From Octopus sinensis (Eukaryota), in the NCBI RefSeq assembly GCF_006345805.1, contig NC_043009.1:6200001-6264000 (forward strand): a stretch of DNA of 64,000 nucleotides. The letters are read 5' to 3'. The translations under genes were made by a program, and so were the position numbers. Positions 39,380 to 52,531 of this stretch are shown here, in pieces. Below the pieces are notes generated by a model. It ran no database searches. It saw only the letters and a list, made by a program, of their open reading frames with translations, and was not told the origin of the DNA. Within the stretch, counting starts at the first letter, position 1; each line of letters starts with the position of its first letter.

Positions 39380-40426
39380 TATCAGACTGATTAAAATGTA
39401 AGCAACGTTTTCAAACATAAAATTCATCACAATATATTTCAACAATGAGGAAATTTAATTCATCAAAGTAAGTACCATTACATTCAACAAAAGTTTGCCA
39501 CCGAGTTACCAGTTTGTTTATTCCAGTAACATAAAAAAACCTGGAGTTCTGGTGCTGATTAACTCTTTGAACGGACTTTGAGCATCGGTTTGATTTCTGA
39601 ATCCCTTCTCTTGTAGCAAACCACCAAGATGCTTGAAAACGTGGTAGTCGGTAGGAGAAAAATCTGGGGAGTAAGCTGGGTGAGGAAGAACTTCGTAAAC
39701 AAGTCCCTTCAACATCTGAAGCGACATTGGTGAAATGTGTGGTCAGAATTTTCATGAAGAATGATTGAAACTTCTTCTGTTGACCTGTCTGGGAGGGAGG
39801 GGTAACAGTTTTTCGTTCATTATGGCAATACCCTGGGAATATGTTTCTGCAGTAATGGTGTTTCCGTGTTTTATGAATTTATAGTGCATGTGTCCAATAG
39901 TACACCGCCAAGCAGTCACCATAACCTTCTTTATGAAGAGCTCGGGTTTAGGGAAGGCTTTCGGTGCTTCATTTCGGTCCAACCACTGCGAAGAACGTTT
40001 TTATTATTATACAAAATCGAATTTTCATCGCAAGTTACAATACGATCGAGAAATGGATTGCTCTGATTACGGAGAAGAAGCGACATGCAGATTTCATATC
40101 TGAACATTTTCTGATTTTCAGTCAAATCGAGTGGTACCCATTTGTCAAGTTCTTTTGGGTTTTCCCGTCGCATTCCAACGGTTGCAGGCAGTTTTCTGGC
40201 AAACTTGAAGTTCTTTCGCCAGTTCGCGAGTGGTTTTACGTGGAGTTTTCTCAATGACAATCTTTAATTGACCGTCATCGACGACAGATGGGCGTCCACT
40301 ACTCTGGCAATCTTCAAGTTTCAGGTCTTCGTTACAAAATTGTTTAAACCATTTTTGAACTGTCCACTCAATGGTCATATCCTCACCAAACGTTTCGTCG
40401 ATATAGCGAGCAGTTTCAGCAGGCTT
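39380..40426 (-). mobile_element. Mariner transposase pseudogene (D,D34D type), 5' end lost at a SINE fragment
   Basis: KPAETARYIDETFGED; TVQKWFKQF..LED..SGRPS; KWVPLDLTENQK; FLDRIVTCDENSILYNN; HPAYSPDFSPTDYHVFKHL; RWQTFVECNGTYFD. TIR-like TCAGACTGATTAAAATGTAAGCAACGTTTT at ~39382. Confidence 0.92.
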
Positions 40427-40990
40427 CTTTCAGTTTTCTGCTACGAAATCCATTCACAAGGCTTTGGTCAGCCCACGCAATCATATTTGTGTCTGTCTAA
40501 AATAGTGTATGTTTATTAATTTAAACACATACAGATGTATCAATGTGTATACCTGTGTGTATGTAAGTATATGTATGCTTAATAAATATTTACACATGTG
40601 TGTGCAAGTGCGAGTGTCTGTGTGCGAGTTTGCGTGTGTATGTGTGTGATGTGCGTGTGTGTGAGCAATATAACTTGCTACATTGGAAATGAATCAATTT
40701 CATTATTTATCGAGTAAGATATCAAGAGAAACGGAGAGAAAAGGACACAATTTCCTTCGCTAGTTGAACTATGTAATGGCGCTTTATATAACGACCTCAA
40801 TAATTGTAACTAGAAAGTAACTTAATAATTCTAAGCTATGGAAATTATAAGCCATACATGGATATGCTACCATATTCATTTAGTTCGCCAGGGGCATTGA
40901 GGAATTGGAAACTAAATACGAAAAAATCTATTACAATACAAATGGAACTACCAATGGTAGGTGTTATATATCTTGCATGCATCTACTTAC

Positions 40991-41040
40991 GACGGGATAA
41001 ATTTGTAAAGTGGTTTCCGTGAAATGCTTATCGCGGCCAT
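40991..41040 (-). CDS. Candidate 50-nt internal exon (GRDKHFTETTLQIYPV or MAAISISRKPLYKFIP)
   Basis: Minus-strand acceptor TATCGCTTTCATACCAG| and consensus donor GTC|GTAAGT. Confidence 0.25.
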
Positions 41041-41566
41041 CTGGTATGAAAGCGATATGCCCTTCAATACCAATAATCAGGTATTTTTCCACTTTCCATG
41101 TTATATTAATCCGTAAACGAAGGTATTGCATTTTAAGTTTTTTGAATTATGGCAGGTTTTTAAACGATTTAGTTTCTATTTGTATGTGCTTGGAGCGAAC
41201 CAATGGTGTGTGTGTGTGTGAATGCGCGTGTGTGTGTAAGTCTGTACTCGAATATTTGTTTGTGTATATGCATGTATATATATATGTATATATATATAAA
41301 CATAGATATATATATACATAAATGCTTATATATGCACATATATATGTTTATATATACCCAAATACATACATATATATACATATATGTTTATATATACACA
41401 CATACACACTTACACAAACAGACACACACACACAGACACCCCAACATATATATATATACATTATACATATATAAACATTTCCATTTGTTTGTATATGGAT
41501 GGAATGAAGGTATGTGTTTACTTAAAAACATGTATAAACACACGTGCTGCGTGTATGTATGCATGA

Positions 41567-41622
<56 letters not shown>

Positions 41623-41688
41623 GAAAGTGCGACAGATAGACGGGACAATAAATTTAACACATTACAATACTATATACATATACCATAG

Positions 41689-41728
<40 letters not shown>

Positions 41729-41895
41729 CTTTATCTATGGGCTTGTTATATACACGGTATTGAAGACTCTACATGCTAAATGATGTGTGCGTGTTCTTCT
41801 TTCTTAAAAACCGATACACGACAACGGAGTTTGCAAGAGAACACACACCGCCTCGTCGAGAAGAAAACCAACACGAGATGACTTTCAACTGACAG

Positions 41896-41948
41896 TTTAT
41901 CAAGATCGCTGAAGAGTTGTATTCGTTAGAACGCCTTCTGGCAAACAG
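41896..41948 (+). CDS. Candidate 53-nt exon (FIKIAEELYSLERLLAN)
   Basis: Acceptor CTTTCAACTGACAG|, weak donor CAG|GTGTGA, amphipathic-looking peptide. Confidence 0.15.
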
Positions 41949-42523
41949 GTGTGAGATGTAAAAATCTTAGATAAGGGGTTTAAAAACATCATCTTACATT
42001 TATTTCAAACATTGCTGACTTTCTCAACTACCCCGATGCATGTTACTCTATTCCAAATGTTTTCGAAAAATGTTTTTTTAAAATTTATTTATTTATATTA
42101 TATCTTTTATTGTATGTGATATTTTTTATTATTTATTTTTTTCTTCGCTTATCGTTGTTAGTTACAACTATTGTACCGTTCTTGTAGTTTATGGCGTTGT
42201 TTATTAATGTTTTAAAATAAGTATATGCATATATAGATATATACACATTCATATGAACGAATATATATGTGTGCGTATGCACGTATGTTTGTATAAATGT
42301 ATATATATATATATTCATTAAAATTATATGTTACGTACGCGTGTATTTGCATATGAACACGCATCCATACATATTCAAACATACATACGAGTACATGTAT
42401 GTATATATGTGTATATATATATATATAAATATATATATATGTACATATATATACATATACATATATACATACACACATGAACAAATAAACACTTACACAC
42501 ACTTACACACACACACACACATA

Positions 42524-42557
<34 letters not shown>

Positions 42558-42658
42558 GCGCATGTCTGTTACACGGTAGGTATGTATATGCATATGCGCA
42601 AATGTATGCATATATTTGTGTAACAATGTTGGTATGTGTCTGTAAGCTTGTGTGTGTA

Positions 42659-42693
<35 letters not shown>

Positions 42694-42974
42694 GCATGTA
42701 ATTGTGTGTATGTATATAATTGTGTGCGTGCACGCGTTTGTATAAGTGTTTCCGTGCATAAATCATTATCAAGTTTATTTGCTTGTAGATGTTCATTCGC
42801 TTATTAATAGTTTTGTTGCATTCATTCCTTGGTTAGTACGTTATTAGTGTTTTCATATTAACTAAATTTTATCTTGTTCGTTTTGTCCTACTACGCTTTT
42901 TTTCAACCTTTAATAATATTAATAATAACACTAACAAGAATAAAAAAAAAACAGTAACGGTAACGGTTCATATT

Positions 42975-43371
42975 ATCAAAGTTATTGCAATGATGATGAT
43001 GATCATCATCATCAACATCATCACCATCATCATCATCATCATTGCCATCATCGTCATCATCATCACCGTCATCATCATCATTGTCATCATCGTCATCATC
43101 ATCACCGTCATCATCATCATTGTCATCATCATCATCATCATCATCAACATTATTACCATTATTATTGGTAGTAGTGTTAGTAGTAGTTGTAGTAGTAGTA
43201 GTAGTAGTAGCAGTAGTAGTAATAGTAGTAGCAAAAGTAGTAGTAGTATTTGGAGGAGGAGGGTAAGAGTAGTAGTAATGAGAAAAATTAAAAACTGAAC
43301 TCCTACTACCACAACTAGTATTATTACAGCTATTATTATTATTATTATTATTATTGTTGTTGTTGTTGTTG

Positions 43372-43424
<53 letters not shown>

Positions 43425-43643
43425 ATCATTATTATTAAGATTGTTGTTGGTATTGTCGTTGTAGAAGAAGTAGCAGTTGTTACTATCACAGTAACTAGAC
43501 ATTAAACTTCGTCATCCCTGATATCTCTACTCTCATCCTCAATATCATCATACTGATCCATACCTAATCTGCGGAAGCAGTTTCAAGCCATCACCAAAAC
43601 TGTTATTCAGAGTTTCACAATACCTTTCTCACCACCACCACTG

Positions 43644-43741
<98 letters not shown>

Positions 43742-43773
43742 GACTACCACTACTGCTACGACTACCACTACTG

Positions 43774-43804
<31 letters not shown>

Positions 43805-43819
43805 CACTACTGCTAATAC

Positions 43820-43897
<78 letters not shown>

Positions 43898-44078
43898 GAC
43901 TACCACTACTGCTACGACTACCACTACTGCTACTACTACTACTACTACTACTACTACTAATAGTTTTACTGCTGCTGCTCTACTACTAATACTACTACTA
44001 CTGCTGCATCTACTACTAATACTACTACTACTACTGCTGCAACTACTACTACTACTACTACTACAACTAATACTACTA
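42975..44078. repeat. Trinucleotide islands (ATC)n-(AGT)n-(ATT)n and (ACT/ACC)n with an internal ~157-bp duplication
   Basis: Direct reading. The block (ACC)4-(ACT)n-[ACGACTACCACTACTGCT]x2 occurs at ~43682 and ~43858. Confidence 0.93.
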
Positions 44079-44079
44079 T

Positions 44080-44219
44080 CTTCCGACGAACAGGAACATG
44101 AAACTCTAAGTAACAGTTTTTGTGAAATTGCTGCTGCTTTTCAATAAAGCATATTATTACACCTCTGCTATTCGAGTACTTTGTTTACCACCTTGTTTCG
44201 CTTTCATGTACTTATTCCG

Positions 44220-44222
<3 letters not shown>
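44080..44222 (+). mobile_element. PLE-type terminal fragment with a degenerate hammerhead-like core
   Basis: CCGACGA-ACAGGAACAT-GAAA-CTCTAAGT-A. Bounded by (ACT)n and (CA/TA)n. Confidence 0.4.
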
Positions 44223-44261
<39 letters not shown>

Positions 44262-44268
<7 letters not shown>

Positions 44269-44530
44269 ATCATTATAGATATAGGATAAAAAATTATTTA
44301 TTTATAATTAATAAATTTCACCAAGTAGTTTCGGTATGGAAAAGAACCATATTCGGTTAAAACTTTATACGAGGAAGTTTTATTAATTATATAATTATAA
44401 CAATAATTAAGAATTTAGCAATAAGTTGCTAATCACATATCGAAAAATCTAGAAATAGCAGCCAAAAGACCGTTATTTCTATTCGCTACTAGTGTTAATG
44501 TGTGTCAAACAACTTGTGCTAAACCCTTCA
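44262..44530 (-). mobile_element. Short repeat between (TA)n tracts with a degenerate hammerhead-like motif
   Basis: Minus strand 44358-44321 CCGAA-TATGG-TTCTTTT-CCATA-CC-GAAA-CTAC. Confidence 0.35.
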
Positions 44531-44548
44531 TTATTGTTATATATATAT

Positions 44549-44585
<37 letters not shown>

Positions 44586-45117
44586 TTATTTATCTATATA
44601 CATATATATATATTATATATATATATATATTAATATTTATATATTTATTTATATAATATATTATATATATTTATAATACATATATATATATTTATATACA
44701 TATATATATATATATATTTTTATATATATATATCATATATATATATATATATTATAATATATATATATTATATATATAATATATATATATGGTGTGTGTG
44801 TTGTATGTGCGTGTGCTTGTGTGTGTGTTTGCTTTGTGTTCGGGTATATACATATATTTTCTCAACAATATACTTCGGATGCAATCTGCTTCTGCAGTGT
44901 ATATAATGCACGCGTCAACAGATTTGAAGTTAGTGTTTTTGTCTTCCGTCTCTTCTCCACTCTCTCCTTCTTCAGCTGCTTCTCTTATTCGTGATGTTTT
45001 CTCCTCTTTTCTCTTGCTTCTTTATGTTCCCATTATTATTGTCCTCACTGTCACTATTATTATTATTATAATCATTATTATTATTATTATCATTATTATT
45101 ATTATTATTATTATTAT

Positions 45118-45175
<58 letters not shown>

Positions 45176-45350
45176 TGTAGCAGCAGCAGCAGTAATAGTA
45201 GTAGTAGTAGTGGTGGTGGTGGTGGTGATGGTAGTAGTAGTAGTAGTATAGTAGTAGTGGTGGTGTTGGTGGTGGTAGTGGCGGCAGTAGTAGTGGCAGT
45301 AGTGGTAGTAGTAATAGCAGCAGCAGCACTACCAGTAGTAGTAGTAGTAA
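44530..45350. repeat. (TA)n tract and (ATT)n-(AGT)n-(GGT/GCA)n island
   Basis: Direct reading. Confidence 0.93.
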
Positions 45351-47193
45351 TCTTTCAATGTCTTTTTTTGTTTTTTGTTGTATTATAATTTTTTTCCCCT
45401 TTCAGTGCAGTTGTTAATTTGTTTATCGGTATTTTCTTAAATTCCTTGTTTTTTCCTCTCTGATTCAGTTTTCAGCAAAGTATATTTTGTCGTAGAATAT
45501 TATTAAATTAGAGCGACATTGAAGTTAGCTTCAAACAAACGGCTATCATAGAAACTTACTGATACAGAAAGGAAACAAGCATTTCTTTCTCTCTTCGTGG
45601 CATTCATATGTGTGCGTACACATACACATATGTGTGCGCAAGCTCACACACGCACATATATACATATATATATAAGGGTCTGTATATGTTCGTATATAAA
45701 CATATGAATGCATGTAAATATATATGTACGTGTGTGTATTAGTTTGTGTGTGTGTGTATTATCGATTATACCTAGGGTGTAAGTTTAAATGGGTAGCAAT
45801 ATCTCCGCAAACATCTTGGAATTGCTGGCATTTTCTGTGTTTCTCTTGTGTTTCTTTATGTTTTGAGGCGGTAACAGAAAAAAAAACTGTGGATTTCATT
45901 TACAGCTGTTTACACTTCATCAGCAAGATATGTAGACTAAGACATCTTCACGGGAAGTAGTTATTTGTACATCGATTTCGAATTTCAACGGAAGATGTTT
46001 CAGTTTCTCTCTGAATTTTGGTGTCAGTTTATCTCAAAAAATATCAATTGCTCAGACATAGAATGAACACTCTCGAAATCTGATGTATGGAGAGTGCAAG
46101 CAAGTGTATATAATGTAAGAATGAAGGATGAAAATCCTTGTAGAACTCATGTAGAAACATAGGGCCTGCTTTCCGGTTTCCGTGGCGTATATATTCACTA
46201 CCTGGACAGCAAAAGAAACAGACAGAATAAGTTTCAAACTTAAAAGGAAAATGCTTAAATCGATTTGCTCAACTAAATCCGTCAACGCATTGCTTAAGCA
46301 TGGCCGCAGTTAAATGAGAAAAAATCAGGAAAAAGATTTAAAATACATAAGATTAATAAATAAGAAAGAATACATCAAATGACCTTAGTTTACTGATAAT
46401 AATTATCAGAAAGATAAACTGATAAACAAAAATTCATCAAAATGAACTTAGAACATGATAAGGACTATAAATAAATATTGGCGAATTCACATATATGAAT
46501 TTAAAGGATTTAAAATACTGCGAGCAGCAGCTATTGTATTAATCTCAACCCTTCACATTTTCCCTAATTTTCCTACTAAGACTTCCCAACTGGTATTTCG
46601 GAACAAAATATGATAATTGGTAGTGACCTTCCCAATCCAATGACAGTGAAAGTCACGAAAAAAAGCATTAGAAGAAAAAATATCCCAGAGATCGTCATAT
46701 ACGCCACAAGACACATTGAACACAATATGCAAGAATTATTCGGAACTTGTTCTCATTTTAGCCCACCAATGAACGACTTAATTGATCGATTGAAATCGCT
46801 CCAAACTTGTTTAATATGTCATTGTATAAATATAAGCTAAAATTAAATTAATTGATCTTTTCCATTATATACGTGCCTAAGCATATGTGTTATAAGATTA
46901 TTACCAACCACTAAAATATAATACATACTGCCTTGTCTAATCTTATTATATGCGCTCCCACTACGCTATACATTAACTTACTATGCATGCAGATATCTAT
47001 TTAAGGTATATACGCTGATTTTAAATCAGAAATGCTAATTTTATTTCGTATATATCATCGTTTTCTTACAAGTCTATGCAGAAACATCCAGAAAACTGCA
47101 CCCATTAAATAATTTTGCTTCCTTTAGCATTTGTTATGATGTGGATATACACGTATGGTGTAAAATGGTATTACACAAATAAATAATTGGCTG

Positions 47194-48111
47194 TGTTAAC
47201 TCCTGTGATAATGCACTCCGCATTACTCGAACGTAGGCACGATATTCAGTATCCACTGTTCAACTACCGACTGTTAAACCAACACATATGGAACTAACAT
47301 GGTTAACCAATACGGTCGACTAACACTCTCAACTACTCGGCAGACAGTTCACTTAGTTCATATTCATTGTAATTGGTTAGTGCACCTTCAGTCAACTGAG
47401 AGTGTTGAGGATTCTCCCATTACATCTCCCCCTTTGAGAATTTTGCTTAATATCTTTTGCGGTTAGGACCTATTTCAAATTCTTCTCTTCGTTTTCCTTT
47501 TCTCGTACGTGTAGTATCCACAATTTGTTTAGGTGTTGATGCATCAAACGTCTCATAAAAAAAGCTTCCATTGAAATTTCTTTTCTTGTGTCCGTTTCCT
47601 AAGAAAGCCATTTTTAATTGACTTATATGTGTCTTATGTTTGTAGTTGTGACCTTTTAGCAAACATAACATAATAGTGCCCCTCCCGATACTCTTAATAA
47701 CTTCTCTGGGTGGCGTCAGCCCAAGACAGTCTCCCTCACTCTTCAACAAGTCGCTACACTTCTTGAAACTCTTATCATTAACCTCCACTTCACGGACTTG
47801 CAGTAGCACCGCTGACAGACTTTTGCCAGTCACCGCAGCATAACTCACCCCTTGTACTGGTCTATTTTCAATATTATTTACCACTTCACTCACAAATGGG
47901 GAAGACAAATAAATATTCCAACAAATTCAACAATTCAGGAAATAACAGGTTAAGAATTCCATTACTCACATTTCAACACAATCAAATACAACGACGACGT
48001 CGAACTAACACCGTCAACTACGCTGTAGACTGTTGGCTCACGCTTCTTATTTATTGTAATCGCTTAGTCTACCTACAGTCATGCATGGGTGCTCAAGATT
48101 CTCCCATAACA
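47194..48111 (-). mobile_element. Internally deleted Gypsy-like LTR element (~920 bp) with diverged LTR-like ends, PPT and a 153-aa residual ORF
   Basis: Both ends start TGT(T/A)ATGGGAGAATC (48111 and 47424 on -) and align for ~110 bp. PPT AAAGGGGGAGA abuts the second. The end ...TTAACA is at 47194. The ORF tail HISQLK...FYETFD...RKGKRR..EIGPNRKRY* resembles a Gypsy integrase C-terminus. No TSD seen. Confidence 0.7.
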
Positions 48112-48307
48112 AGTTTCTAGAATAAAATTTATACGATCTATTCCCAAAAGGATAAGAAAATTCAGAAGAAAATATCATCTATGTGCCTAAGACAACTACT
48201 ATGTCACTTAGGCAAATCGTATAATCGAACATAAAAAATTAAAATAACAAAGCAAGAGAACGTGCACGTGGAAAGTTTTAGTTTTGGCGCTGGGTGGAAA
48301 GAGAGGA

Positions 48308-48342
48308 TTTTTAACGTTCGAGTATAGCTCTTCATCAGAAAG
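48308..48342 (-). ncRNA. Hammerhead-like motif with canonical CUGAUGA but one A missing from GAAA
   Basis: CTTT-CTGATGA-A-GAG-CTATA-CTC-GAA-CGT-T-AAAAA. Same repeat family as 9731-9765. Confidence 0.4.
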
Positions 48343-49845
48343 TGAAACAGAAAAGACCAGAGAGGGACAACAGCACGTCTGTAGTTACATCGCTGAAGTG
48401 CATATACCGCACACTCAGATGGATACGCTACATCCTTCCGACTGATTTAGTGTATCTGATTCATGTGTTTTCATTGGATTGCTTTACCTTCAAATTTCTT
48501 CAGAGTACATTGTTTCTGCTAATATTTTACCTAATCTAACTTATTTTCTATAAATTACTATTTAAATTTCCACAGCCCTAGGAGCAAGTGACTCAAAATC
48601 CAATTACTCCTGTTCGCAATGGCACAAACTTATTTGTATACCCTGCCGAGAAACAAAAAGTGCATATTCTATAATATTCACTAACAGGTTTAATCTTCAA
48701 TATTCATATACCGCACGAAGGTAATGCATGTGTACTGAATTAAATATTTGATATTATTTTTTAACCAACTGCCTACACTAGTTTTAACACAAGCATTAAA
48801 ATAACTAGAGCACTCTGGAAAAAGGCATCACCTTACACAAACTGTTCTGAACATGATTAAAATTTTGCTAGTTAAGATTGCTATTTTTTCGTATATGTCG
48901 CGCCAGCAACATGTATTCTGTATATTTGCAACACACATACACACACACATGCACATCTGATCATATATCACGAAAAATCGAAAAACATTGTTATGGAACA
49001 GGGGCAGAAGCTGCTGTGAAATATAGGGAACGTTTAAGGCAAATGTTAAGATACAACCCATTCTAAAGAAAGTGTAGCTTAAATATTACATGATGCTTGG
49101 TACACAATCAATATAACAGACATGAAATATATTATGAAATGAAGAACCAAATACTTAGTCATCGTAATTCCTTTAATAAAATTTCAAGTACCTAATCAAG
49201 TTATATATATATATACGTGTGTATGCATATATTTATATATGATAAATTTATATATATATATATGAGTGTGTGGTGGAAATTTCGAAATGCGAACCCGTGA
49301 TGCGCTTATTATCTGCTAAATATTATTACTTTGCCTATGATATATTAATCCAAGAGGTGTGAAATGAATTACAGCCTGCCTCGTACTGCCTAACATTAAG
49401 ATAATACCAAGAACTGAGAGACTGTTCTGCTCTTATTTTATTTAGAGTCGAAAATCAATAATTTTAATCTATTTGTTTCCAAACAAAGGCTTTTAACTTA
49501 ATTTGCATTACTTGGTGTGCAATCTTTTATTCTTAAAACTACATTTTAGCAAATTTGCTGAAAGAAAATAAAAGAAAGAAGACTGAAAATGAAAGCGAGA
49601 AAAATATATATACGGAGAATATAAAAAATAACATTTGACAAATTACTAAAAGATTATAAGGATTTTCAAATTATATAGATATGCTTCTAACAGCTCGTGA
49701 GTCCGTACTATGTACCTGTAAGTGTATGCATGTATTATATATATATATAATATATATATACATATATATATATATATATGTATTTATATATATGTGTGTG
49801 TGTGTATGCATGTATATATATACACACATATATATACATACATGA

Positions 49846-49883
<38 letters not shown>

Positions 49884-50072
49884 CTAGCCACGAAACATGA
49901 CCATACATAAGTCTCTTCATACGTATATGTGTATGTGTATGTGAGTGAGTGCATGTGTGTGTGTGTGAGTGAGTGAGTGTGTGCGTGTGTGTGTATATAT
50001 ACATAATACATAAGTATCTTCATATATCTGTTTCTATATCTATATGCACACAGATATACATACATACACACA

Positions 50073-50137
<65 letters not shown>

Positions 50138-50441
50138 ATATCTATCCATGTATGTATTATACTTGATGGGTACGCTATATAGTGATATAAATGTGTTGTA
50201 GACCAAATTTACAAAATAACACTACAAGAGTTTTAATAAATAACAGAAATTAAGCAAGTAAAATTTTCAATACTTTTATAAACGTATTTAATACGCATAT
50301 AAGGAAGCTAAAATATATCTCATGACACAGATACAATTGCAGTTCTAGGAAGAGACAGCATTCGTACTGACGCAGCAAATATTGTCGTGGACCGATAACA
50401 GATTTTCCTATTTAAGCAGATTATCAATAAATATTACAGTG

Positions 50442-50640
50442 TTATAATCTAAGAGGTCGATATCCGATTGAAATTTTATCGAAGCCGAATTTCAAAAATT
50501 TATGCGAACAACCTCTGAAGGATGCGTCAATCTGCAAATCTAGTTTATTCAGAGCTAAAAATGCAAGTATTTCTGAAACCTCATTTATAATACGCCGTGC
50601 AGCAGGCAAAAATAGGTTTGAAATGCCTACACTGTTATAC
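50442..50640 (-). CDS. Candidate terminal exon (YNSVGISNLFLPAARRIINEVSEILAFLALNKLDLQIDASFRG...RPLRL*)
   Basis: Acceptor TTGATTTTCAG| and 66 codons to TAA. The in-register antisense frame is also open. No homolog recognised. Confidence 0.15.
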
Positions 50641-51672
50641 CTGAAAATCAATTGCTAACTAATGTAGATTAAGTCTATGTAACGAAATTCCATAGTATAC
50701 GTGAAGAAAATAAGTCTTTTCTATAGAGAGAGCAAGATTTGTAAAGCAGTCATGAACATTTACCGAAAATGAATATCCTTCGCTATAACCATACAGCGTG
50801 GACCAGATCTTACGATTCAGAGGCATTCTCTAATGAGTTGCACAGTTGCACCCGCTGATTTTTTAAAAAATATATTTTGCGACTCTTGGCTTATCTTACG
50901 CAATATTTGATTGAATAAACAGATATACAATTATGTGAGTAACAGATATACAAGTTTGTGTAACTGTGTTTCATACTTCAGGACGTTTGTAAATGTGCAT
51001 AGAAGTCCAAGCATTATATACTGTGGAACATTGATTTAACGTTGATGATCAAAAGAAATTATGGAAAATCAATGTAATTTCGTTCATATATAATTTATGA
51101 TATATCAAGTAAAGAATGGCTGTTGTCAAACAAACCGATTATGAAACATCGGTCAATCTACTTCTGCCTTCGTGTATTAATTACAATGATATTCAACAAA
51201 CTCTCTCCGATTCGTTTCATAAAACTATTATTCAACGTCTGTATATCTAAAGGTCAATGCAAGAAAAAAATATCACATATATTATTATAGCTTTGGAAAT
51301 ATTGAACATAAATTATTCATTACCAAATAGTAAAATATTTAATCGCCAAATAGCTAGACGCGGCTTCACATTTTTTTATGAGTGTTTAGTATCAGAAACA
51401 CGTCCTTAGCGAAACAGAGCTGTCCGGGTTTTCAGTCGTTCACATCGATATGAGCCACTATATGGAAATACTACGTCCCTGCGCATCACAAAAATATGTT
51501 ACAGTAAAGACATTAAAGCAAGAGAATGGACATAGTAGCTCACATATGTATATTTGTATAGAGAAATAGGAGCAGAATGAGACGATTGAAAGCGACTGTT
51601 TGCCCGTTGTGGATTTGGCATGACTGAATGAACTTTAAAAATAATTGGCTTCGGTACTGGAAGCAATACGTG

Positions 51673-51679
<7 letters not shown>

Positions 51680-51713
<34 letters not shown>

Positions 51714-51809
51714 GGAGAGTACACAATGTTTGTAGTAAGTTAACGTTTATCTAAGGCACAGTACAAATGCAGAGTATCAGCTGCTAATTCTAAATATATA
51801 TATATATAT

Positions 51810-51842
<33 letters not shown>

Positions 51843-51879
51843 TAGATAGATAGATAGTTAGTTAGATAGATAGATAGAT

Positions 51880-51977
<98 letters not shown>

Positions 51978-51978
51978 A
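51680..51978. repeat. (GA)n, (TA)n and (GATA)n arrays
   Basis: Direct reading. Confidence 0.95.
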
Positions 51979-52072
51979 AATGGTAAGATAAAAGAATGAA
52001 CGGGACCACGATATTATGTAAATAGAGGAATATATCTGTAAATGTAATATGTGACAATTATTCGGTAGCCAT

Positions 52073-52133
52073 GATAAAACTCCGAGTTTCGGATGACTGG
52101 GCGGAAACCCACGCCGCCATCTCTTCAGTTATC
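52073..52133 (-). ncRNA. Type I hammerhead ribozyme motif, intact core
   Basis: GATAA-CTGAAGA-GATGGC-GGCG(TGGGTTTC)CGCC-CA-GTCATC-C-GAAA-CTC-G-GAG-T-T-TTATC: 5-bp stem I, extended stem II, palindromic stem III ACTC-G-GAGT, GUU cleavage triplet. Confidence 0.7.
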
Positions 52134-52209
52134 GGGCCATAGAAACTATATATATAATCATATATATCAGCTCGTGCGGCGCCACCTTCAAAGCCAGAAT
52201 AGGCAATCG

Positions 52210-52420
52210 CTACAACAACAATAATAACATCGAAAAATACCTTAGGAATGAGAACCCAGGTTCTAAATTTCCCCAAACACCAGATGAAGACTGGAGAGTA
52301 TATCAGCCAAAACATTCTGTTAACAACAAGCAAGGTTTGGACAAATATCCGTCAAATGTAAATAATATAAATAACGTAAACACTGAACATAATTCCTCAT
52401 CTCTTAAATACAGAACTGTA
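52210..52420 (+). mobile_element. PLE-type short repeat with a mutated hammerhead core (52277-52320)
   Basis: ACAC-CAGATGA-A-GACTG-GAGAGTATAT-CAGCC-AAAA-CAT-T-CTGT: hammerhead spacing retained, core positions substituted. Confidence 0.5.
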
Positions 52421-52531
52421 TTAACCAAGTGATGTTGAAAGCAGCTGCTCAGATTGCAACGCACTGGGGAAAATACATCTACTTATTGGCAATATAAACT
52501 GCTTTTTCACATCCTTATTAATGTTAATTAC

